The translations under genes and the position numbers were made by a program. From positions 1-39,009 of IMG/VR virus record IMGVR_UViG_2540341091_000002: a DNA stretch of 39,009 nt, one strand, 5' to 3'. The DNA comes from a virus (taxonomy: Duplodnaviria > Heunggongvirae > Uroviricota > Caudoviricetes). Numbering within the stretch: position 1 is the first letter of the stretch; each line of letters opens with the position of its first letter. A model generated the notes under the pieces. It saw nothing but the letters and a program-made list of their open reading frames with translations. It ran no database searches and had not been told where the DNA came from. Shown piece after piece: positions 8,384-17,025 of this stretch.

Positions 8384-8947
8384 ATGAGGCTAACCGTGGG
8401 TAAGCATCACTGGAAAGTAGAAAAACAGCCTGAGTGGTACGTGAAAGCTGTCAGAAAAACTATCGCGGCGTTGCCGGGGGGGTACGCTGAAGCTGCTGAG
8501 TGGCTAGATGTAACAGAGAACGCTTTATTCAACCGCCTTCGTGCAGATGGCGATCAGATTTTCCCGCTGGGATGGGCAATGATTTTACAGCGCGCGGCTG
8601 GCACTCACTACATTGCGGATGCTGTCGCACAGTCTGCTGGTGGGGTGTTTGTATCGCTTCCTGAAATTGAGGAAGTAGAGAACGCCGATATAAACCAGCG
8701 CCTGCTGGAAGTCATCGAACAGATCGGGAGTTACTCAAAGCAGATTCGTTCGGCAATCGAAGATGGGGTAGTGGAGCCACACGAGCAGACAGCAATTAAT
8801 GATGAGTTGTATCTGTCAATTTCGAAGCTCCAGGAGCATGCAGCACTGGTCTACAAAATCTTTTGCGCTCCAGAAAAGAGTGACGCCCGCGAGTGTGCAG
8901 CTCCGGGCGTCGTGGCGTTTTGTGTCTGTGGAGAAACTAACGCATGA
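8384..8947 (+). CDS. Hypothetical early regulatory protein (possibly CII-like or YdaT-like)
   Basis: 187-aa ORF directly downstream of Cro-like gene; call is by position only. Confidence 0.45.
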   Translation: MRLTVGKHHWKVEKQPEWYVKAVRKTIAALPGGYAEAAEWLDVTENALFNRLRADGDQIFPLGWAMILQRAAGTHYIADAVAQSAGGVFVSLPEIEEVENADINQRLLEVIEQIGSYSKQIRSAIEDGVVEPHEQTAINDELYLSISKLQEHAALVYKIFCAPEKSDARECAAPGVVAFCVCGETNA

Positions 8948-9780
8948 ACAGTTTAACGGCAAATAACCGTTTGTCGCAACAGCTGGTGGTCAGCGTCGCT
9001 GAACACCTGTTGTTACGGCATGAATGCAGATTACCAAATCTCCTGGCTGTAAGTAACCACAGAGAACTTTACCTGACTGTGGGGGGCGAGTTGTGCAGGA
9101 ACTTAACCGCTGGTTTCGTGACGGAAGAGGACTTTATGTTCATGTTATTCGTTGGGAGCCAGAAACACAGCGCGTTATCTATCTTCGCAAAGACTACCCG
9201 CATGAGTGCTTTAGTCCTTTGTGGAAATTCAAGCGTGATTTTGTTGAGTGTGAAGGACCACCAGCACATTGATTCTGCCATTCCGGGACGTTACACTGTT
9301 CAGGCACCTTATAAAGCGGGTGCCGGGATTGGCGTCCTGGAATTGATCAAGGCGATATATGACGCGCCAGCGTCCTTTTTATCGTCCGCATTTGCTCACA
9401 TCAAAGTTATGGTGGGCTGGGCGGGGGCATCGAAAGATGCGCCGGTTTCCTTGATCACCGGTTACGCCAACCCCGTTCAGTTCACCACCAGCGAAATTGG
9501 CGTTTCCGGTGGTGGAAGTATTTCACCGATCAAGGAGGCTGCCATCATGGCTACTGTCCCAGCCCTCACTCGTCTGAATGATGAAGACTTACATAAACTC
9601 AGTTATGTAACAACTGCACTACGTGCTCTGCGCAAGGTAACTCTTTCGGATCCGCAGGCACATCAGGTTCTGGTAGAAACCCTTCTTAACTTGCAAGCTG
9701 AACGTATTCGTCTGGCGGATAAGGCTAATTTTCATATTCACCGTCTCCTGAATATCAGCGGAGGGCATCGTCATGCTTAA
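8944..9780 (+). CDS. Hypothetical protein; gene structure uncertain (possible frameshift or overlapping small gene at 9093-9272)
   Basis: 278-aa ORF with ATGA coupling to upstream gene; its first third looks compositionally atypical, while an alternative-frame GTG ORF (9093-9272) reads more protein-like. Confidence 0.35.
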   Translation: MNSLTANNRLSQQLVVSVAEHLLLRHECRLPNLLAVSNHRELYLTVGGELCRNLTAGFVTEEDFMFMLFVGSQKHSALSIFAKTTRMSALVLCGNSSVILLSVKDHQHIDSAIPGRYTVQAPYKAGAGIGVLELIKAIYDAPASFLSSAFAHIKVMVGWAGASKDAPVSLITGYANPVQFTTSEIGVSGGGSISPIKEAAIMATVPALTRLNDEDLHKLSYVTTALRALRKVTLSDPQAHQVLVETLLNLQAERIRLADKANFHIHRLLNISGGHRHA

Positions 9781-10009
9781 TCCGTTGCTCCTCAACATTT
9801 ACCGTTTATTTCAGCGTAAAAAAATATCAACACCCACAGTTGGGCAGTGGTACACCACGCCAGCAGGGCATGTTCTACGTGTCAGCCTGGTTGACCGTGA
9901 ATGTCAGAAGGTGATTTGTGAACCGCTGGGCCGTAATTACCGCGTCAGTATGCCGCTTATAGCCTTTCGCTCCGGAAAAAACATGAAGCATCTCGGAGGT
10001 GCAGCATGA
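9773..10009 (+). CDS. Hypothetical small protein
   Basis: 78-aa ORF translationally coupled between neighbouring genes. Confidence 0.4.
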   Translation: MLNPLLLNIYRLFQRKKISTPTVGQWYTTPAGHVLRVSLVDRECQKVICEPLGRNYRVSMPLIAFRSGKNMKHLGGAA

Positions 10010-10824
10010 GTATGGAGCTGATGGTTAAAGCGATGAAAATTCGAGTGGGTAATCCATTGCGAAAACTGGTTCTGATCAAGCTGGCTGATAATGCCAGCGA
10101 TCAGGGTGAGTGCTGGCCCAGCTACCAGCATATTGCTGACCAGTGCGAGATTAGCAAACGTTCTGTGATGAATCATATTGCGGCCCTTTGTGAGTCCGGG
10201 CTGGTAAAAAAAGTCACCCGGAAAGGTGAAAAAGGTAACTCAAGTAATATCTATCTCCTTCATCTGGATGGTGCAGGAGATTCACTAGGGGGTAGTGCAA
10301 ATAATTCACTATCTGGTGCAGCAAATTCACCAGGTAGTGCAGGAGTTGCACCAGGGGGTAGTGCAGGAGATTCACCCAGAACCAGTCACTCTTTTGAACC
10401 AGTCAAAGAACCAGTCAATGAACCAATAGCTGTTGGTGCATCTGCTGATGAGTCTGTGCGAGTTCGTTCAAACCGACCGGAATACTCTCCGGAGTTTGAG
10501 CAGGCATGGCTGGCATATCCCAAACGTGCTGGTGGCAATTCAAAATCTGCAGCCTTCAAAGCCTGGAAAGCCCGTTTGAATGAGGGGGTAAACCCCGAAA
10601 CCATGCTGGAAGGTGTGAAACGCTATGCGGGCTGGGTATCTGCGATGGGTAACAGCGGCACACAATTTGTGAAACAGGCTGTCACGTTCTTTGGTCCGGA
10701 TCGTCATTTCGAAGAATCCTGGGAAGTTCCTGCGGTATCTGCAGCCAGACGTGAGGACCCGTACTTCAAAGCCAGTTACGACAACGTGGACTACAGCCAG
10801 ATCCCGGCAGGATTCAGGGGGTGA
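10006..10824 (+). CDS. Replication initiation / replisome-organiser protein (N-terminal HTH, low-complexity linker, DnaT-like C-terminal region)
   Basis: 272 aa; N-terminal winged-helix-like segment, Gly/Ser/Ala-rich linker, C-terminal region resembling phage replication-protein tails; contains iteron-like DNA repeats. Confidence 0.65.
   Translation: MSMELMVKAMKIRVGNPLRKLVLIKLADNASDQGECWPSYQHIADQCEISKRSVMNHIAALCESGLVKKVTRKGEKGNSSNIYLLHLDGAGDSLGGSANNSLSGAANSPGSAGVAPGGSAGDSPRTSHSFEPVKEPVNEPIAVGASADESVRVRSNRPEYSPEFEQAWLAYPKRAGGNSKSAAFKAWKARLNEGVNPETMLEGVKRYAGWVSAMGNSGTQFVKQAVTFFGPDRHFEESWEVPAVSAARREDPYFKASYDNVDYSQIPAGFRG
10261..10420 (+). repeat. Iteron-like direct repeats inside the replication gene (putative origin)
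   Basis: About five copies of ggtagtgcagg(a)gattcac-like units (10270-10376) followed by three copies of gaaccagtca (10379-10420). Confidence 0.5.
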
Positions 10825-11315
10825 TCATGAGTCTTTTGAATGAAGTTCAGAAATTCATTGAAGCCCATCCGGGGTGTACTTCCGGAGACATTGCGGATGC
10901 TTTTGCAGGTTACTCACGGCAGCGCGTTCTGCAGTCAGCAAGCAAGTTACGTCAGAGTGGGCGTGTGGCTCACCGTTGTGAAGGAGATACACGCAGACAT
11001 TTCCCACGCCTGACTGAGAGAGCGCAGGAGCCGGAACCACAACCAGTTCGTGAAACCAGACCTGTGCGCAATTTCTATGTCGGCACTAACGACCCGCGGG
11101 TGATTTTGTGCCTGACCCGCCAGGCGGAAGAACTGGAGTCCAGGGGCTTATACCGTCGTGCTGCAACGGTGTGGATGGCGGCATTCCGTGAAAGCCACTC
11201 CCAGCCAGAACGAAATAATTTTCTGGCGCGTCGTGAACGGTGTTTACGGAAAAGCAATAAGCGGGCTGCATCAGGTGAAGAGTGGTATCTGTCAGGGAAT
11301 TACGTGGGGGCTTAA
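10821..11315 (+). CDS. Hypothetical regulator, possibly PerC-like transcriptional activator with N-terminal winged helix
   Basis: 164 aa; C-terminal AEELESRGLYRRAATVWMAAF resembles the conserved PerC-family segment as I recall it. Confidence 0.45.
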   Translation: MIMSLLNEVQKFIEAHPGCTSGDIADAFAGYSRQRVLQSASKLRQSGRVAHRCEGDTRRHFPRLTERAQEPEPQPVRETRPVRNFYVGTNDPRVILCLTRQAEELESRGLYRRAATVWMAAFRESHSQPERNNFLARRERCLRKSNKRAASGEEWYLSGNYVGA

Positions 11316-11968
11316 TGAGTAATAAATATTGCCAGGCGCTGGTGGAACTGCGGAACAAACCAGCCCATGAACTGAAGGAAGTGGGCGATCAGTGGCGCAC
11401 GCCGGATAACATTTTCTGGGGAATTAACACCCTGTTTGGTCCGTTTGTTCTGGATCTGTTCACTGACGGTGATAACGCCAAATGTGCCGCGTATTACACG
11501 GCGGAAGACAACGCGCTGGCACATGACTGGTCAGAACGTCTTGCGGAGCTTAAAGGTGCTGCCTTTGGTAATCCCCCATACAGCCGCGCCAGTCAGCATG
11601 AGGGGCAATACATCACCGGCATGCGTTACATCATGAAACATGCCAGTGCCATGCGTGATAAGGGCGGGCGCTATGTTTTCCTGATCAAAGCTGCCACCAG
11701 CGAAGTGTGGTGGCCGGAAGATGCGGACCATATTGCTTTTATTCGCGGGCGTATTGGTTTTGAACTGCCTGCCTGGTTTATCCCGAAGGATGAGAAGCAG
11801 GTGCCGACAGGCGCTTTCTTCGCTGGTGCTATTGCTGTTTTCGACAAGACCTGGAAGGGACCGGCAATCAGCTACATCGGGCGCGATGAACTTGAGGCAT
11901 GTGGTGAGGCGTTTCTGGCGCAGGTTCGCCAGCAGGCAGAAAAACTTGTCAGGGAGATGGCGGCATGA
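11315..11968 (+). CDS. DNA N6-adenine methyltransferase (phage Dam-type, orphan)
   Basis: Start at MSNKY (TAATG overlap with upstream stop); FGNPPYS catalytic motif of N6-adenine methyltransferases. Confidence 0.8.
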   Translation: MSNKYCQALVELRNKPAHELKEVGDQWRTPDNIFWGINTLFGPFVLDLFTDGDNAKCAAYYTAEDNALAHDWSERLAELKGAAFGNPPYSRASQHEGQYITGMRYIMKHASAMRDKGGRYVFLIKAATSEVWWPEDADHIAFIRGRIGFELPAWFIPKDEKQVPTGAFFAGAIAVFDKTWKGPAISYIGRDELEACGEAFLAQVRQQAEKLVREMAA

Positions 11969-12291
11969 CGACGTTAACTCAATGCCAGCAGCAGGTGCTG
12001 GATATGCTGATTTCTTACCAGCAAGAGCGTGGCTTTCCGCCAACCAATCAGGAGGTGGCAACCATGCTGGGATACCGTTCAGTGAATGCAGCGGTGGAGC
12101 ATCTTCGCGCACTGGAGAAAAAAGGCGTCATCACGATAAAGCGTGGCGTGGCCCGGGGTATCACTCTTCATACCGCGGTGAAGGACGACGACAGCGAGGC
12201 GGTCGGGATTATCCGCGCACTGCTTGCCGGTGAGGAAAACGCCAGGCTGCGTGCAGCCCACTGGTTACATGAGAGGGGCCTGAAAGTATGA
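11965..12291 (+). CDS. LexA N-terminal-like winged-helix DNA-binding protein (no peptidase domain)
   Basis: 108 aa; QQQVLDMLISYQQERGFPPTNQEVATMLGYRSVNAAVEHLRALEKKGVI parallels the LexA DNA-binding domain; ATGA-coupled to the methyltransferase. Confidence 0.7.
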   Translation: MTTLTQCQQQVLDMLISYQQERGFPPTNQEVATMLGYRSVNAAVEHLRALEKKGVITIKRGVARGITLHTAVKDDDSEAVGIIRALLAGEENARLRAAHWLHERGLKV

Positions 12292-12677
12292 AGCTGATCC
12301 TGCCTTTCCCGCCCAGCGTGAACACGTACTGGCGACACCCCAACAAAGGGGCGTTTGCAGGTAAGAGCCTGATAAGCGCGGCGGGGCGCAAATTCCAGAG
12401 CGCGGCGTGTGCAGCAATAGTTGAGCAGTTACGTCGTCTGCCGAAACCAACGTCGGCACCTGCTTCAGTGGAGATCGTGTTGTTTCCTCCGGATAACCGG
12501 ATCCGCGATCTGGACAACTATAACAAGGCGCTGTTTGACGCCCTGACCCACGCGGGTGTGTGGGAAGACGACAGACAGGTGAAAAGAATGCTGGTGGAGT
12601 GGGGACCGGTTATCCCGAAAGGGAAGGTCGAGATCACTATCAGTAAGTACGAGAAAACGGCGGGTGCAGCCGCCTGA
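12288..12677 (+). CDS. rusA: RusA-family Holliday junction resolvase
   Basis: 129 aa; N-terminal LPFPPSVNTYWRH and conserved DLDNYNKALFDALTHAGVWEDD acidic motif typical of RusA. Confidence 0.85.
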   Translation: MKLILPFPPSVNTYWRHPNKGAFAGKSLISAAGRKFQSAACAAIVEQLRRLPKPTSAPASVEIVLFPPDNRIRDLDNYNKALFDALTHAGVWEDDRQVKRMLVEWGPVIPKGKVEITISKYEKTAGAAA

Positions 12678-12696
12678 TTAAGAGGAGAAACGAAGT

Positions 12697-13506
12697 ATGA
12701 ATAATCTGATGGTTATTGATGGTATTGAAGTTCGTCGTGATGCTTATGGGCGTTACAGCCTGAACGATCTGCACAGGGCAGCCGGGGGAGAACAAAAAAA
12801 CCGCCCGAAATACTGGCTCTCCAATAAGCAAACCTGTGAATTGATTGAACAACTTTTCACCGAGGGTGGAATTCCGCCTCTGGAACAAAATCAACCAGTT
12901 AGCGTCATTAATGGCGGAAATAACCAGGGGACGTATGTCTGCAAAGAACTGGTGTATGCCTATGCAATGTGGATCAGCCCGTCATTCCATCTGAAGGTGA
13001 TCCGTACTTTCGATATGGTAACCAGCGCACCGGAAAAATTATCCGGACAGGCTGCTGACAAGATGCAGGCTGGTGTGATTCTGCTGGACTTTATGCGTCG
13101 GGAGTTAAACCTGTCTAACTCTTCAGTGCTTGGTGCCTGTCAGAAACTCCAGGAGGCTGTTGGCTTACCGAATCTGGCACCGCGCTATGCCATTGATGCT
13201 CCTGCTGATGCACACGATGGCTCAAGTCGCCCGACACTGTCACTGAGTGCACTGCTGAAACAGTATGGTATCCGCCTGACGGCTAATCAGGCATATCACC
13301 AGATGGTGAAGCTGGGGATCGTCGAGCAGCGCGAACGATACAGCCGTACCGGGATTAACAACATCAAAAAATTCTGGTCGCTGACGGCGAAAGGCTGCAT
13401 GTTCGGCAAGAACATCACCAGTCCCGCAAATCCGCGCGAGACGCAGCCGCATTTCTTCGAATCCCGATTCCCTGAGCTGTTAAAGCTGCTCGATACCGTT
13501 CATTGA
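12697..13506 (+). CDS. KilA-N domain protein (antirepressor-like)
   Basis: 269 aa; N-terminal IDGIEVRRDAYGRYSLNDLHRAAGG segment typical of KilA-N/Bro-N proteins; paralogous N-terminus to the 17686 gene. Confidence 0.65.
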   Translation: MNNLMVIDGIEVRRDAYGRYSLNDLHRAAGGEQKNRPKYWLSNKQTCELIEQLFTEGGIPPLEQNQPVSVINGGNNQGTYVCKELVYAYAMWISPSFHLKVIRTFDMVTSAPEKLSGQAADKMQAGVILLDFMRRELNLSNSSVLGACQKLQEAVGLPNLAPRYAIDAPADAHDGSSRPTLSLSALLKQYGIRLTANQAYHQMVKLGIVEQRERYSRTGINNIKKFWSLTAKGCMFGKNITSPANPRETQPHFFESRFPELLKLLDTVH

Positions 13507-13507
13507 G

Positions 13508-14503
13508 GTGACCGTGAGAGCACTACTGACCCCTGAAATTGCCCCGCGTATGGGGATCGTATTGTTCAGGCCAGGTTCAGAGCTGATGCCCCTGTTTATG
13601 CAGGGGCGTGTCCTGCTGGAGCCTGAGCCAGAACGTTATTCATCTTTCGCCAGTGGTGCCGTTCCGGCGGCATCACAACCGCTGGCGGATGATCCTGCCG
13701 TTCGGGCCGTGTTCCGCAATGAGGCAGTGATCCGTCGTGCTGGTGGCGTGGAATGTCTTGAAAGCTGGTTACTTCGTGAAAAAGGCTGCCAGTGGCCTCA
13801 TTCCGACTGGCACAGCGAGAACATGACCACAATGCGACACGCTCCGGGCGCAATCCGTCTGTGCTGGCACTGCGATAACCAGCTGCGCGATCAGTTCACG
13901 GAACGGCTGGAATCAATGGCAACGGATAACTGTGCCCGCTGGGTGTTGTCTGTAGTCCGTCGGGATCTCGGTTTTGATGATAACCATGCCGTGACAATGC
14001 CGGAACTGTGCTGGTGGCTGATTCGTAATGACCTGGCGGATGCCTTACCTGAAAGCGCAGCCCGTAAGGCGCTGAGATTACCGAAACCTGTTGTGCCGTC
14101 TGTCACCCGGGAAAGTGACCTTGTGCCTTCGGTTCCTGCCACCAGCATCATCCAGGATAAAGCGAAAAAGGTGCTGGCGCTGAAAGTGGATCCGGAGTCG
14201 CCGGAGTCTTTTATGTTACGCCCAAAACGCCGCCGCTGGGTTAATGAAAAGTACACGCGCTGGGTTAAGACACAGCCGTGTGCATGTTGTGGAAAGCCTG
14301 CTGATGATCCCCACCACCTGATAGGCCACGGTCAGGGTGGAATGGGTACAAAAGCGCATGACCTCTTTGTGTTGCCTTTGTGCAGAAAGCATCACGACGA
14401 GCTGCATGCGGATACCGTGGCATTTGAAGAAAAGTATGGCTCTCAGCTGGAGCTGATATTTCGTTTTATCGATCGTGCGCTGGCAATTGGCGTATTGGCG
14501 TAA
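13508..14503 (+). CDS. DUF968-type prophage protein with C-terminal HNH-like Cys/His motif
   Basis: 331 aa; C-terminal CACCGKPADDPHHL...LCRKHHDELH cluster; commonly found upstream of Q in lambdoid prophages. Confidence 0.6.
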   Translation: MTVRALLTPEIAPRMGIVLFRPGSELMPLFMQGRVLLEPEPERYSSFASGAVPAASQPLADDPAVRAVFRNEAVIRRAGGVECLESWLLREKGCQWPHSDWHSENMTTMRHAPGAIRLCWHCDNQLRDQFTERLESMATDNCARWVLSVVRRDLGFDDNHAVTMPELCWWLIRNDLADALPESAARKALRLPKPVVPSVTRESDLVPSVPATSIIQDKAKKVLALKVDPESPESFMLRPKRRRWVNEKYTRWVKTQPCACCGKPADDPHHLIGHGQGGMGTKAHDLFVLPLCRKHHDELHADTVAFEEKYGSQLELIFRFIDRALAIGVLA

Positions 14504-14516
14504 GTGGAGAACGAGC

Positions 14517-15269
14517 ATGAACCTTGAAGCCTTACCAAAATATTACTCCCCAAAATCTCCAAAATTGAGCGATGACGCACCGGCGACAGGCTCAGGTGGT
14601 TTAACGATTACGGATGTGATGGCTGCGCAGGGGATGGTGCAGTCGAAAGCACCGCTTGGGTTTGCCTTATTCCTGGCAAAAGTTGGTGTTCAGGATCCTC
14701 AATTTGCGATTGAAGGTCTGCTCAATTACGCGATGGCACTGGATAACCCGACATTGAACAAATTGAGTGAAGAAACCCGGTTACAGATCATCCCTTACCT
14801 TGTGAATTTTGCCTTTGCTGATTATTCCAGGTCTGCGGCAAGTAAGGCTCGCTGTGAGCATTGTGCTGGTACTGGATTTCATAATGTATTGCGCGAAGTG
14901 GTGAAACACTCCAGAAGCGGGGAATCTGTTATCAAGGAAGAGTGGGTGAAGGAACTATGTCAGCATTGCCATGGTAAGGGAGAAGTCAGCACAGCGTGCA
15001 GAGGGTGTAAGGGTAAAGGTATTGTCCTGGATGAAAAAAGAACCCGGCTTCATGGTGTGCCTGTTTATAAGATTTGTGGGCGTTGCAATGGCAACCGGTT
15101 TAGCCGTTTACCAACCACACTGGCGCGGCATCATGTCCAGAAGCTGGTACCGGATCTGACGGATTATCAGTGGTACAAAGGATATGCAGATGTCATTGAT
15201 AAACTGGTGACAAAGTGCTGGCAGGAAGAAGCATATGCTGAGGCGCAATTAAGAAAAGTGACGAGATAA
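14517..15269 (+). CDS. Q: Late-gene antitermination protein Q
   Basis: Start at MNLEAL with GGAGA upstream; four CxxC pairs (CEHCAG, CQHCHG, CRGCKG, CGRCNG); positioned just upstream of a promoter/terminator pair and the lysis genes. Confidence 0.8.
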   Translation: MNLEALPKYYSPKSPKLSDDAPATGSGGLTITDVMAAQGMVQSKAPLGFALFLAKVGVQDPQFAIEGLLNYAMALDNPTLNKLSEETRLQIIPYLVNFAFADYSRSAASKARCEHCAGTGFHNVLREVVKHSRSGESVIKEEWVKELCQHCHGKGEVSTACRGCKGKGIVLDEKRTRLHGVPVYKICGRCNGNRFSRLPTTLARHHVQKLVPDLTDYQWYKGYADVIDKLVTKCWQEEAYAEAQLRKVTR

Positions 15270-15295
15270 ATGATTTTCGCCGAAGATGGCGACAT

Positions 15296-15340
15296 GATTC
15301 TTGCATTTTTCAAAAAATCTGGTTAGGATTTTCCTAACGA
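15296..15340 (+). promoter_or_regulatory. Candidate late promoter (PR-prime equivalent) and Q-utilisation region
   Basis: ttgcat and a taggat-like element with near-17-bp spacing between Q stop and the downstream terminator; assignment positional and weak. Confidence 0.3.
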
Positions 15341-15378
15341 TGGGCTTTGTATGTCTGCCGTTAACGAAATCATAACAA

Positions 15379-15400
15379 ACCTCGCTTCGGCGGGGTTTTT
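15379..15400 (+). terminator. Rho-independent terminator downstream of Q (tR-prime equivalent)
   Basis: Stem cctcgc / gcgggg closing a ttcg tetraloop, followed by ttttt. Confidence 0.6.
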
Positions 15401-15419
15401 GCTTTTCTGGAGGTCAATA

Positions 15420-15677
15420 ATGCAGGGCGAAAAGCAGCAGCCATATTTTTTTAACCCTGGTATGACTGTTGAACAGCTTGAAGACTGGCTGGAGCAGCAA
15501 AAGCTTCATCTAAGCCGCTATAACCGTCTGGTAAAAGAAAAAGCAGAGCTTGAAGAACGGCTCAGTGATATTTCTGTGGAAATTGAACGAATGTCTGCTG
15601 GTGGTTTTAACGGAAAGTTGAGTTTCCCTTGGGAGTCAAGTTCGCTTCTGAGAAATCATCAACAGGGTAGTGTTTGA
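15420..15677 (+). CDS. Small late-expressed hypothetical protein (coiled-coil-like), cargo position between Q terminator and lysis genes
   Basis: 85-aa ORF from ATG 15420 with GGAGG 6 nt upstream; the longer track ORF would span the terminator. Confidence 0.5.
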   Translation: MQGEKQQPYFFNPGMTVEQLEDWLEQQKLHLSRYNRLVKEKAELEERLSDISVEIERMSAGGFNGKLSFPWESSSLLRNHQQGSV

Positions 15678-15756
15678 CTGAAATAATAAACAGAATGTCA
15701 TTAAGATCCCTTCCCCTCATATCTGAGAGGACCAACAGCAATTAAGAGGGGGCTAA

Positions 15757-16143
15757 ATGTCCGATCCGATTTCCGGTACTGGGCTGGCTGGTGGTGCCCT
15801 GACGGGGGCCAGTGTTTATGGACTGCTGACCGGAACTGATTACGGCGTTGTATTTGGCGCATTTGCAGGGGCTGTATTCTACATAGCAACAGCAGCAGAT
15901 CTGAGTGCATCGCGCCGACTGGCATATTTTATCGTGTCATATATTGCCGGGATTCTTTGCTCTGGGTTGGTTGGCTCCAAGCTGGCGAACTTGACCGGAT
16001 ACAGTGATAAACCTCTGGATGCTATTGGTGCCGTAATCGTCTCTGCTTTAGCCGTTAAAATCCTGACGTTCCTGAATAATCAGGATATCGGCTCGCTGGT
16101 GGCGCTCATAACGCGCCGGGGAGGTTCAGGTGGAGCTAAATGA
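15757..16143 (+). CDS. Putative holin (Gly/Ala-rich multi-pass membrane protein)
   Basis: 128 aa with several hydrophobic segments and charged C-terminus; strong RBS (agagggggc); first gene of the lysis cassette. Confidence 0.6.
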   Translation: MSDPISGTGLAGGALTGASVYGLLTGTDYGVVFGAFAGAVFYIATAADLSASRRLAYFIVSYIAGILCSGLVGSKLANLTGYSDKPLDAIGAVIVSALAVKILTFLNNQDIGSLVALITRRGGSGGAK

Positions 16144-16411
16144 CCCGACAGCAACTATAAATGCGCTGTTATGTGCTTGTGTTGTTATTACTCTGATGTT
16201 TTATCGTCGTGGTGATTCGCGGCATCGTCCTTGGGTTTCACGTTTAGCCTGGCTGATTACTGTTACATACAGTGCTGTTCCGTTGGCCTATCTCTGTGGG
16301 ATTTATCCCCATTCCTCATGGCCCATTATCGTGGCGAACACTATTTTTCTTTCCGTGCTGGTGGCCGTAAGAGGCAACGTTGCACGTCTGGTTGATCATC
16401 TGAGGCACTAA
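16130..16411 (+). CDS. Second small membrane protein of the lysis cassette (holin/antiholin-like)
   Basis: 93 aa with about three hydrophobic helices; overlaps the upstream gene end and abuts the endolysin start. Confidence 0.5.
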   Translation: MELNDPTATINALLCACVVITLMFYRRGDSRHRPWVSRLAWLITVTYSAVPLAYLCGIYPHSSWPIIVANTIFLSVLVAVRGNVARLVDHLRH

Positions 16412-17025
16412 TGAACCAACAATTATTTCAAAAGGCGGCTGGTATTAGCGCCGGGCTGGCTGCGCGCTGGTTTCCGCACATTGATGCGGCGATGAAGGAA
16501 TTCGGCATTACAGCACCAGCGGATCAGGCAATGTTTATTGCTCAGGTAGGCCATGAGTCGATGGGGTTTAGCGCCGTAGTTGAAAATTTTAACTACACAC
16601 CATCTGCGCTTGTGGCGACGTTCGGAAAGAGGATCACACAGCAGCAGGCTGATGCCCTTGGCAGAACATCCGGACATGCAGCTCGTCAGGATGCTATTGC
16701 CAATCTTGTGTATAGCAACCGGCTGGGTAACAAAGCACCCGGTGATGGCTGGAAATATCGCGGTAGAGGATTAATTCAAATCACTGGCCTCCATAATTAT
16801 CGCATCTGTGGCGCGGCGCTGAAGTTAGATCTGGTGACTTCACCTGAACAACTGGAGCAGGATCTACAGGCCGCGCGCTCAGCTGCATGGTTCTACACAT
16901 CTAAAGGCTGCATGGTCTACGGTGCCGATATTAATCGTGTTACGCGCATCATTAACGGCGGTCTGAACGGTATTGAGGATCGTAAGATTCGATACAACAA
17001 GGCGCGGGCGGCGCTGCTGGTATGA
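16411..17025 (+). CDS. Endolysin, glycoside hydrolase family 19-type
   Basis: 204 aa; AQVGHESMGF and GRGLIQITGLHNY motifs characteristic of GH19 lysozyme-like enzymes; located between holin and spanin genes. Confidence 0.8.
   Translation: MNQQLFQKAAGISAGLAARWFPHIDAAMKEFGITAPADQAMFIAQVGHESMGFSAVVENFNYTPSALVATFGKRITQQQADALGRTSGHAARQDAIANLVYSNRLGNKAPGDGWKYRGRGLIQITGLHNYRICGAALKLDLVTSPEQLEQDLQAARSAAWFYTSKGCMVYGADINRVTRIINGGLNGIEDRKIRYNKARAALLV

Noticed and set aside
10261-10420. Possible CRISPR-like repeat array
   Set aside because: The repeats are imperfect, contiguous without unique spacers, and lie inside a replication gene; they fit origin iterons, not a CRISPR array.
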